Assembly (NCBI GenBank): GCA_040377305.1 | Contig: JBEIPA010000001.1 | Location: 203,324-267,323 of the forward strand | From: Flavobacteriales bacterium | GTDB taxonomy: Bacteria > Bacteroidota > Bacteroidia > Palsa-965 | Direction of reading: 5' to 3' | DNA length: 64,000 nt | Shown here: piece by piece, positions 47,061 through 55,565 of the stretch | Numbering within the stretch: position 1 is the stretch's first letter | Layout of the letters: each line of letters starts with the position of its first letter | Position numbers and translations under genes: made by a program | Notes under the pieces: generated by a model | Databases searched by the model: none | The model's input: only the letters and a program-made list of their open reading frames with translations | Told to the model about the DNA's origin: nothing

Positions 47061-49502
47061 ATGAACAAAATACTACTACTGGTAGTGCTCAGCGCTATAC
47101 ATATCATTCCTATTGATGCACAAAATGCAATTCAGGGAAAGATTACCGATAAAGAAGATGGTACGCCGATTTATGGTGCGAGCATCTATATATCTGAATT
47201 GCATGCCGGAGCTTCGACCGATACGAATGGCAGATTTTCTATTGCGAACGTACCGCTGGGAACCTTCCTTGCGGAAATCCGCATGATTGGATACGCAACA
47301 GTTGCCGTGCAGGTTCAGGGGCAACCCATCAACGGAGCATATCTTTCCGAGCAACAAATTCAACTTACAAAAACGCCAGCCGAATATGCCCCGGTGATCA
47401 TCACGGGAACTTCCGGCACCATTGAGCGAATGCGAAATCCTGTACCTAATACACTGCAAACCCGCGATCACTTTTTGAAACATGGCGCAACCAATGCAGT
47501 GAATGCGCTGAGTGAACTCCCGGGAATTTCCGTTGTGAGCACGGGTAACGCAATTTCAAAACCAGTGATCCGTGGACTAGGATATAATCGCGTTGTGGTA
47601 CTACGAAACGGAATTCGTCAGGAAGGACAACAGTGGGGCGACGAACATGGAATTGAAATTGATGAATTTGAAATTGATCGGGTTGAAATCATAAAAGGTC
47701 CTGGCAGCATCATTTACGGTTCAGATGCTATGGCTGGTGTAATCAACTTCATTACTCCGCGAAATGTTCAGGAAGGAATGATTACGGGTGAGTACACCGG
47801 AACGTTTCAGTCGAATGGAATGTTAATTGGAAATTCCCTGATGACCGCTGGAAACATAAAAGGTGTGAGCTGGCAGGTTCGCGGAAGCCAGAAGATGGCT
47901 GGCAATTATTTCACACCTGCAGATGGTTATGTGGCCAATTCCGGATTCAAGGAATACAATGCCAGTGGATTTGTCGGAATCAATCGCAGTTGGGGCGTTT
48001 CCAAAATCAGCTTCAGCACGTTTAACCAGCAGGTCGGTTTGCCTGAAGGAGAAAGAGATTCATTGGGAAACTTTATGGTGCCTTATGCAGTGAATGATAC
48101 GACCGAAGACATGCAATCGTTCACAAGTGATGAGTTGAAAAACTATTCGCATCATCTCGAAACTCCGCAGCAACGCATCAATCATAACCGACTGGTATTC
48201 TCAAATAGTTTGTACTTCAATGATGTGTCGGTAAAAATTGATTTGGGTTATCAGTCAAATCTTCGTCGTGAATTCGGAAACGTACTGGACCCGGATGAAA
48301 CGGAAGTTGCAATGAAGCTCGAAACAACAAACCTGAATGCTGCGATATATTCTCCGGAGAAGAATGGAAAACAAATCATTGGAGGGATATGTTTGCAAAG
48401 ACAAAGCAATGCAAATTCAGGAGAGGAATACATTGTTCCGGATTACATCGCGCAGGATGCAGGAGCGTTCATCCATTTCAAGTATGTGACGCCCAAATGG
48501 TATTTCGGGACAGGATTGCGCGGCGATGTTCGACAACTTTCAACGCAGGCTTTGTATATCGATAGCCTTGGAAATTTCATACACGAAACAACGGAAAACG
48601 TAAAGTTCAATGCACTTAACAAAACGTTTTCATCATTCTCAGCAATTGCAGGTACATCTTATCAACCCGCAACTCCGGTTGTTTTTCGTGTGAACCTCTC
48701 ACGTGGTTTCCGTAATCCGAATATTGCAGAACTTTCTTCAAACGGACGGCACGAAGGAACTTTCCGTTATGAATCCGGGAATTCAAATCTGAAATCGGAA
48801 ACAAGCCTGCAGCTCGATCTCGGAATGACATACACGTCTGATCACTTCAATGTGGAGCTCAGTACCTTCGTGAACGACATTCAGAATTTCATTTATCTAA
48901 GCAAGATAAATTCGGTGTTCGGCGGAGACAGCATCCTTGATCCCAATGATCCTGCACCCGTGTTCACATTCTCACAAGGTCATGCGCGTTTGTACGGTGG
49001 AGAAATTTTCACTGACATTCACCCTCACCCACTCGACTGGCTCCATTTTGAAAACTCTGTGTCGTTTGTAATCGGAGAGCTCCTTGCGCAACCTGACTCT
49101 ATGAACTGTTTGCCATTTATTCCCCCCTTGAAATACCAATCGGAAGTTAATGCTCACATCGAAAAACAATTTGGGCCATTCACTGAAACCTACTTCAGTG
49201 CGTCCATTTCTGTTTATATGAAGCAAGACAGAATCTACTCTGCATACGGAACGGAAACCGCAACTCCGGGGTATTCACTCGTGGAATTTGGCGCAGGAAC
49301 ACAGCTCGTGAATGCGAAAGGAACCACGCTGTGCAAAATCTATTTCTCAGCAAACAATTTGTTAAACGAGAAATACCAGTCGCATTTGAGTCGTTTGAAA
49401 TACGCACCGGTAAATCCCGCAACCGGCAACGGTGGTATCTATGGTCAAGGTCGCAGCTTCTGTGTGCGGATGCTGATTCCATTTAGCATTTGGCAGCATT
49501 AA
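47061..49502 (+). CDS. TonB-dependent receptor, probably for a metal
   Basis: Signal peptide, carboxypeptidase-regulatory-like N domain, plug KPVIRGLG...QEGQQWGDEHG...VEIIKGPGSIIYGSDAMAGVIN, NNLLNEKYQSHLSRLK C-terminus. Confidence 0.95.
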   Translation: MNKILLLVVLSAIHIIPIDAQNAIQGKITDKEDGTPIYGASIYISELHAGASTDTNGRFSIANVPLGTFLAEIRMIGYATVAVQVQGQPINGAYLSEQQIQLTKTPAEYAPVIITGTSGTIERMRNPVPNTLQTRDHFLKHGATNAVNALSELPGISVVSTGNAISKPVIRGLGYNRVVVLRNGIRQEGQQWGDEHGIEIDEFEIDRVEIIKGPGSIIYGSDAMAGVINFITPRNVQEGMITGEYTGTFQSNGMLIGNSLMTAGNIKGVSWQVRGSQKMAGNYFTPADGYVANSGFKEYNASGFVGINRSWGVSKISFSTFNQQVGLPEGERDSLGNFMVPYAVNDTTEDMQSFTSDELKNYSHHLETPQQRINHNRLVFSNSLYFNDVSVKIDLGYQSNLRREFGNVLDPDETEVAMKLETTNLNAAIYSPEKNGKQIIGGICLQRQSNANSGEEYIVPDYIAQDAGAFIHFKYVTPKWYFGTGLRGDVRQLSTQALYIDSLGNFIHETTENVKFNALNKTFSSFSAIAGTSYQPATPVVFRVNLSRGFRNPNIAELSSNGRHEGTFRYESGNSNLKSETSLQLDLGMTYTSDHFNVELSTFVNDIQNFIYLSKINSVFGGDSILDPNDPAPVFTFSQGHARLYGGEIFTDIHPHPLDWLHFENSVSFVIGELLAQPDSMNCLPFIPPLKYQSEVNAHIEKQFGPFTETYFSASISVYMKQDRIYSAYGTETATPGYSLVEFGAGTQLVNAKGTTLCKIYFSANNLLNEKYQSHLSRLKYAPVNPATGNGGIYGQGRSFCVRMLIPFSIWQH

Positions 49503-49521
49503 AACGTAACTTTACATAGTT

Positions 49522-51018
49522 GTGAAATCGCGTATTGCATATTTTGTTGTTGCATTAGTTGCACTTGCATCTGTTTATTCAGGATGCAAAAAAGATGCGC
49601 CTTCCATTGACTTAGAAGGTTCTCAGTATCCGGATGAAATCGGACAAATCATTCTCGGCAATTGCGCCACCAGCGGATGTCATAACGACGCCAGTTCACA
49701 CGTAGCTGCCGGCCTTAACCTTTCTTCCTGGGAAAAATGTATGCAGGGCGATCGCAACGGGGCTGTTGTGATTCCGTATTCGCATGAGTTCAGTACGATG
49801 TTCATGTATTGCAACACGTATCCTGATCTCGGACTGACAGCGGAACCGACAATGCCCTTCAACGACGATCCACTTACACGTGCCCAGGTAATAACACTTC
49901 GTAACTGGATCAATGCGGGTGCACCTTCGCGTACGGGAGAAATTCCGTTCTCCGGAAATGCATCGCGCAAAAAAATCTACGTTACGAATCAGGGCTGTGA
50001 CGTAGTTACGGTGATCGATGCTGCGACTGGAATTCCCATGCGTTACATTTCCGTTGGAAGTTCATCAAGTATTGAATTGCCACATGGCTTGCGCTTGTCT
50101 CCCGATGGTGAATACTGGTACGTGTGTTTTGCGAATGGAAGTTACCTGGAGAAATACAGAACTTCCGATGATGCGTTTGTGGGAAGAATTCTTCTGGGCG
50201 CAAACACATCTGCAGCATTCGGAAGCTGGAACACATTCACCATTACTTCTGATTCGCGCAATGCATACGTGGTACACTGGGATCCAAATGGAGCCGGAAG
50301 AATTGTACGCGTTGATCTGGAAACGATGCAGTACACACATATCATAGCGAGTTCCATCTTCAACCAGACTCATGGATCGGCAGTTTCTGCCGATGGAAAC
50401 ACGTTGTACGTAACGACCACGCGGGGAAATTTTATTTACAAAGTCGATCTAAGTAATCTGTCGCAAATTACCGCTGACCAAATTATTATTGACGGTGTAA
50501 GTCCGACTCCGCAACCCGGCAACTCTGAAAACGGACATGAAATTGCAATCGCTCCCGATGGTACAAAATATTTCATAACCTGTGAAGGCACAAATAATGT
50601 CCGTGTCTTTGATATCGCAACAGATGCGTTGATTGCAACAATTCCGGTTGGTGTGAGACCCTTAGAAATTGTTCTTTCAAACACGACGCCTTACGGATAT
50701 GTAACGTGTTCTGACGATACACTCACATTTCCCGGCAAACGCGGCTCCGTGCATTGCTTCAACTGGCAATCGAACACTGCTGTTGGTTCAGTGTATCCCG
50801 GGCATCAGCCACATGGAATAACGTTGGACGAAGATCAGCAGCAAGTGATCATCGCTAACCGCAATATATCCAACGACGGACCCACCCCGCATCACGTGGG
50901 CACCTGCGCTGGAAGAAACGGAAGTGTTGCTTTCATCGATATGTTTTCACTTGCCGTTCTCGATGACAAAGACCTCGAAGTAAGTGTTGATCCTTATGCT
51001 TGCCTCTATCGCCCATGA
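49522..51018 (+). CDS. Lipoprotein with cytochrome c-like N domain (CX4CH) and YncE/YVTN beta-propeller
   Basis: YSGC lipobox; CATSGCH...MP...LRNWINAGA; YVTNQG..VTVID, PHG and VG..P blades; GTG start. Confidence 0.85.
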   Translation: MKSRIAYFVVALVALASVYSGCKKDAPSIDLEGSQYPDEIGQIILGNCATSGCHNDASSHVAAGLNLSSWEKCMQGDRNGAVVIPYSHEFSTMFMYCNTYPDLGLTAEPTMPFNDDPLTRAQVITLRNWINAGAPSRTGEIPFSGNASRKKIYVTNQGCDVVTVIDAATGIPMRYISVGSSSSIELPHGLRLSPDGEYWYVCFANGSYLEKYRTSDDAFVGRILLGANTSAAFGSWNTFTITSDSRNAYVVHWDPNGAGRIVRVDLETMQYTHIIASSIFNQTHGSAVSADGNTLYVTTTRGNFIYKVDLSNLSQITADQIIIDGVSPTPQPGNSENGHEIAIAPDGTKYFITCEGTNNVRVFDIATDALIATIPVGVRPLEIVLSNTTPYGYVTCSDDTLTFPGKRGSVHCFNWQSNTAVGSVYPGHQPHGITLDEDQQQVIIANRNISNDGPTPHHVGTCAGRNGSVAFIDMFSLAVLDDKDLEVSVDPYACLYRP

Positions 51019-51422
51019 GTGAACTAAAAGACAAAGGAATTGTGCTGTTCGACGGTGTATGTAACTTCTGCAACTCGAGTGTGAACTTTATGATTCGCAA
51101 AGACAACACAGACTATTTTCGTTTTCTTCCACTGCAATCGGAAAAAGGAAAATCAATCGTCGAGCGTTTTAATCTCGATCCTGAAAATCTGCAAACAGTG
51201 ATTCTTCTCGAAGATGGGAAAATTTACACCCGTTCGACAGCAGCATTGCGTATTGTGCGAAAGTTAAAAGGTGGGTGGAAACTGATGTACGGATTTGTAA
51301 TTGTACCCACATTCATACGCGATGTGTTTTACAACATCATTGCAAAAAATCGTTACCGCTGGTGGGGAGAAAAAGAATCGTGTATGGTTCCGACTCCTGA
51401 CGTAAAAAAGAAATTTCTCTGA
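51015..51422 (+). CDS. DCC family thiol-disulfide oxidoreductase
   Basis: VLFDGVCNFC, FLPLQS, RSTAALRI, YNIIAKNRYRWWG; ATGA overlap with the upstream gene. Confidence 0.92.
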   Translation: MSELKDKGIVLFDGVCNFCNSSVNFMIRKDNTDYFRFLPLQSEKGKSIVERFNLDPENLQTVILLEDGKIYTRSTAALRIVRKLKGGWKLMYGFVIVPTFIRDVFYNIIAKNRYRWWGEKESCMVPTPDVKKKFL

Positions 51423-51423
51423 T

Positions 51424-51912
51424 CTATTTCTTTTTCTTCGCGGAAGATTTTTTCCGGCTACGGCTCACGTGCTTTACAGGTTTCTTCGGAAAAGAAAGAG
51501 AAAGCAATTTTTTGGGGAAATCAATTACAGCTTTGTAAGCAACGAGCACATCACTTCCAAGCACTCCGGCTATCGCAGCAAATCCGATTGCAGCATACGT
51601 GTGATTCACGTGCTGTAAATCCAGAACAACCGCTGGGAACTTATCGATCTTCAGTTTACCCAACGAAAAACTATCCAGTGTTACTACCTGGCTGATCATG
51701 TCGGATGTTCCGAGACCGGTTGAAACCTGATCGTGTTCGGCAATTTCTTCCGTACGCAGATATTTCAGAATTTCAGTTTTATCGAATACGGTTCGCGATG
51801 CTCCGGTGTCAACAATTACCAATGCGGGCTTACCGTTGATTTTCACCTTTGCCTGGAGGTGAAATCCATCGCCTTCTATATTGAGTAACCGCAGTGGAAT
51901 TTTTATAATCAT
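51424..51912 (-). CDS. Retropepsin-like (clan AA) aspartic protease
   Basis: IVDTGASRTV and GVLGSDVL motifs. Confidence 0.88.
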   Translation of the reverse strand: MIIKIPLRLLNIEGDGFHLQAKVKINGKPALVIVDTGASRTVFDKTEILKYLRTEEIAEHDQVSTGLGTSDMISQVVTLDSFSLGKLKIDKFPAVVLDLQHVNHTYAAIGFAAIAGVLGSDVLVAYKAVIDFPKKLLSLSFPKKPVKHVSRSRKKSSAKKKK

Positions 51913-51920
51913 CGCTCTAT

Positions 51921-51950
51921 AAAAAAGAAGGTTGGAAATAACTCCAACCT
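51921..51950 (-). terminator. Intrinsic terminator after mdh
   Basis: AGGTTGGA-AATAAC-TCCAACCT with a minus-strand U-tract. Confidence 0.7.
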
Positions 51951-51973
51951 CCCGAATTGATTTTCATCCTATG

Positions 51974-52915
51974 CTAAACGGCTGCATTCATTCCATCGAG
52001 AACGCTCATCACTTCCTTCACTGCTTTTGCAGAGTCAGCGAGTAATTTTTTCTCGTCGTCATTCAATTTGAGTTCGATAATCTTCTCAATACCATTCTTT
52101 CCAAGAACACATGGTGCTCCAAGATAAATGTCCTTCATGCCATACTCGCCCTGCAACCATGCACACACCGGATAAATACGCTTCTGATCGCGCAGAATAG
52201 CTTCCACCATTTGTGCAGCTGCTGCTCCGGGCGCGTACCATGCAGATGTTCCGAGAAGATTTACAATTTCTCCACCGCCTTTTTTCGTGCGCTCGATAAT
52301 TGCATCCAGTTCAGCTTTACCGATCAATTCTGTAACCGGAATTCCACCTACAGTTGTATAACGCGGAAGCGGAACCATGGTATCTCCATGACCGCCCATA
52401 AGAACAGCCTGAATATCTTTTGGTGAGCAGTTCAGTGCCTCAGCAAGGAACGCGCGGTATCGTGCAGTGTCAAGAATTCCTGCCATACCGAAAACCTTGC
52501 TGCTGTCGATTTTTGCAGTGAGGTATGCACAGTACGTCATTACGTCGAGTGGATTCGAAACGATAATGATGATTGCGTTAGGCGAATACTTGATGATGTT
52601 TTCAGTAACGTGCTTTACAATGGCAGCGTTGGTTGAAATCAGGTCATCGCGGCTCATGCCCGGTTTACGTGGAAGTCCCGATGTAATTACAACCACATCT
52701 GAGTTCGCAGTTTTCGAATAATCATCTGTCGATCCTTTTACGCGGGTGTCGTAAAGATCGATGGGTGCAGTTTGCCAAATGTCGAGTGCTTTACCTTCAG
52801 CAAAATTTGGTTTGATGTCGAGCAAAACAAGTTCGTTGCAAAGCTCTTTGTGTGCAATAACATCAGCGCATGTTGCTCCAACGTTACCCGCACCTACTAC
52901 TGTTACTTTAGACAT
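51974..52915 (-). CDS. mdh: Malate dehydrogenase (LDH-like)
   Basis: VVGAGNVG, PRKPGMSRDDL, VSNPLD, LDTARYR, GGHGD, GSAWYAP-like TSAWYAP. Confidence 0.97.
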   Translation of the reverse strand: MSKVTVVGAGNVGATCADVIAHKELCNELVLLDIKPNFAEGKALDIWQTAPIDLYDTRVKGSTDDYSKTANSDVVVITSGLPRKPGMSRDDLISTNAAIVKHVTENIIKYSPNAIIIIVSNPLDVMTYCAYLTAKIDSSKVFGMAGILDTARYRAFLAEALNCSPKDIQAVLMGGHGDTMVPLPRYTTVGGIPVTELIGKAELDAIIERTKKGGGEIVNLLGTSAWYAPGAAAAQMVEAILRDQKRIYPVCAWLQGEYGMKDIYLGAPCVLGKNGIEKIIELKLNDDEKKLLADSAKAVKEVMSVLDGMNAAV

Positions 52916-53072
52916 TGTGTATCGTGTTTATGTGTGAGTTCATTCAGATTCGGCTCAAAATTAGAAATAGAACGGTTTGACCTGACCTCTGGCACGATTT
53001 TTTCGACCACTTATTAACCCGCACGGTGAATTGAGTAACCGATCTAACCGCCTAACGTATATTTGAATCGAA

Positions 53073-55448
53073 ATGCCCCGCATCCTAACATCCCTCCTTG
53101 CTTTTGTCGCTTTGTTCGCGTCAACTTCAGTTTACGCGCAAATGCCAACAAATCAGGACTGTCTGAATGCTATTCCGATTTGCCAGAACGTATATAGCAC
53201 GGTCGTTTCATATAGCGGAGAAGGAAACTATCCGAATGAAATTAACAGCGGAAATTCGTGCCTGGGATCGGGCGAATTAAACGATGTTTGGTACACGTTC
53301 ACAGTACAGCAAAGCGGAAATCTCAACTTTCTCATCACACCAAATAACAGTGCCGACGATTACGATTGGGCGGTTTACAACCTGACGAATAACAACTGCG
53401 CTGACATATTTACAAATCCAGGGCTTGAAGTTAGTTGCAACTATTCGGCTCAAGGAGGAGCTACCGGACCAAACGGTGGTTCAGCGTTCAATTCTCAGAA
53501 TGCAGCGGGAACACCTTTTAATAACGTTATTCCGGTTACCGTTGGGCAAACGTATGTAATCAACGTCAGTAACTTCAGTTCTACTCAAAACGGTTACACA
53601 ATCGATTTTTCTGCTTCTACGGCAGTGATTTTTGACCAGATTCCTCCCCAAATTTTGTCTGTAACGAATCCCGGTTGTGGCGGCAACACACTCACCGTTA
53701 CTTTCTCTGAAAATATTTTGTGCAGTACCGTGCAGAATGGCGACTTCACATTCACTGGTCCCGGCGGACCCTACACTGTTCTGGGTATAACATCTGCGGC
53801 GTGTGCTGCTGGTGCGCAATACGACAACACATTTACGTTTACAATAAGTCCAAACATTGCAGGCGCTGGAACTTATTCTGCAAATCTCGTTGGGCCTGTA
53901 ACCGATTTGTGTGGTAACGTCTGCATTTTCCCTGCATCACTTCCGTTTAACGTTGGCTCATTTACATATACAACTTCATCTATTCCCGCAACGTGTGTTG
54001 CTAGTAATGGTACCGCTAGTGTGAACGTTTCCGGTGCAGGTCCATTTACTTATACATGGTCGCCAAACGTGAGTAGCACCAACACAGCTTCGAATGTTGC
54101 TGCAGGTATTTACACTGTTACAATCACCGACCAGTCGAATGGTTGCACAAGCACGGATACAATCCACGTTAACTCCAACACAACACTGAATACCGTAACC
54201 TCCGGTGATGACACAATTTGTCCGGGAACTCAGGCCACAATGAGTGTGAATGTCATTGGAGGAAATAATCCGATTACATATACGTGGAGCAATGGTTTGC
54301 CAAATTCGCCGACTGTAACCGACAATCCTACTGTAACCACAACCTATACGTTGAACATTGTTGATGCTGCAGGTTGTACTGCGGGTCCGCTCCTGTTTAC
54401 AATTACAGTTGCTAGTCCGGTTGGATTGACAATTTCAGGTACGTCCCCAATATGTGTAGGAGGTGGGACATCGTTAACTGCGAATGTCACAGGTGGATTC
54501 GGCACTATAAACTACAACTGGCTACCGGGCAATATGAATACCCCGACTGTTGCAGTGACGCCAGCAGTAACAACTACGTATACACTTACTACTACTGATC
54601 AATGTGGTCAAACTGCAACGCAAATGTTTACAGTGGTTGTATCTCAGGTTCCTGTAGTGGATTTCTACGCGGACACAATTTATGGTTGTACTCCGTTGCT
54701 GGTAAATTTCTTCGTAGACACCACTGGTTTCGGCAGTGGTGCAACATTACTCTGGGATTTTGGCGAGAATGGAGTTACATCATCTGCCGTAAATCCTTCT
54801 CATTCCTACGTTGTGCCGGGATGTCATGATGTTTCATTAACCGTAACAGTTCCACCAGGATGTTCTGTTACACAAACGTACACATGCATGATCACCACAC
54901 TTGCGCAACCTGTGGCACAATTCACTGCGAATCCGCAGAACGCTAGCATACTTGATCCCTTGGTTTCGTTTACCAATCAATCTATAGGAGCCACCAACTG
55001 GATCTGGAATTTTGGTGATAGTACAACAAGTAACGATTGGTCACCACAGCACTTGTACGATGCAGTTGGAGTATACTCTGTGTACCTCGCAGTTTCGAAT
55101 GCATCCGGTTGTACTGATACTGCATGGTTGGAGATCACGGTGAACGACTATCACACATTCTTTATTCCAAATGCATTCACCCCAAATGGAAATGGAACCA
55201 ACGATGAATTTGGCCCGGAGTTCACAAACATTCTTTCCGAGGGATATGATTTCTTCATCTTCGATCGCTGGGGAAACATTGTTTATGAGTCACACGATCC
55301 GTACAAAAAATGGAACGGGCGTTGGCAAAACAGCGGTGATAAGGTGCAACAGGACGTTTACGTCTACAAAATCGCGTACCTCGATAATATGTATGGCGAA
55401 CACCACGTTATCGGATCCGTTACAGTGTTGCCAGGGAACAAGCCCTGA
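53073..55448 (+). CDS. T9SS type B CTD (gliding-motility-associated C-terminal domain) protein with SprB/PKD repeats
   Basis: Signal peptide, QDCLNAIPIC N domain, WDFG/WNFGD PKD repeats, FIPNAFTPNGNGTND...IFDRWG...WNG...DVYVYKI. Confidence 0.9.
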   Translation: MPRILTSLLAFVALFASTSVYAQMPTNQDCLNAIPICQNVYSTVVSYSGEGNYPNEINSGNSCLGSGELNDVWYTFTVQQSGNLNFLITPNNSADDYDWAVYNLTNNNCADIFTNPGLEVSCNYSAQGGATGPNGGSAFNSQNAAGTPFNNVIPVTVGQTYVINVSNFSSTQNGYTIDFSASTAVIFDQIPPQILSVTNPGCGGNTLTVTFSENILCSTVQNGDFTFTGPGGPYTVLGITSAACAAGAQYDNTFTFTISPNIAGAGTYSANLVGPVTDLCGNVCIFPASLPFNVGSFTYTTSSIPATCVASNGTASVNVSGAGPFTYTWSPNVSSTNTASNVAAGIYTVTITDQSNGCTSTDTIHVNSNTTLNTVTSGDDTICPGTQATMSVNVIGGNNPITYTWSNGLPNSPTVTDNPTVTTTYTLNIVDAAGCTAGPLLFTITVASPVGLTISGTSPICVGGGTSLTANVTGGFGTINYNWLPGNMNTPTVAVTPAVTTTYTLTTTDQCGQTATQMFTVVVSQVPVVDFYADTIYGCTPLLVNFFVDTTGFGSGATLLWDFGENGVTSSAVNPSHSYVVPGCHDVSLTVTVPPGCSVTQTYTCMITTLAQPVAQFTANPQNASILDPLVSFTNQSIGATNWIWNFGDSTTSNDWSPQHLYDAVGVYSVYLAVSNASGCTDTAWLEITVNDYHTFFIPNAFTPNGNGTNDEFGPEFTNILSEGYDFFIFDRWGNIVYESHDPYKKWNGRWQNSGDKVQQDVYVYKIAYLDNMYGEHHVIGSVTVLPGNKP

Positions 55449-55565
55449 TTTTTCGCGAATTTCGTAGGTTACGGCTGATTTTCTGCTAGCCATAAGCCTC
55501 ATAATCAGTTGCTATTAAGGAGTGCTTGAACTACATTTACACGGCACACCTTAAAGTACCCTTAC

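Noticed and set aside
51424-51912. Retroelement remnant
   Set aside because: Stand-alone clan AA proteases are ordinary bacterial genes; no RT, integrase or terminal repeats.
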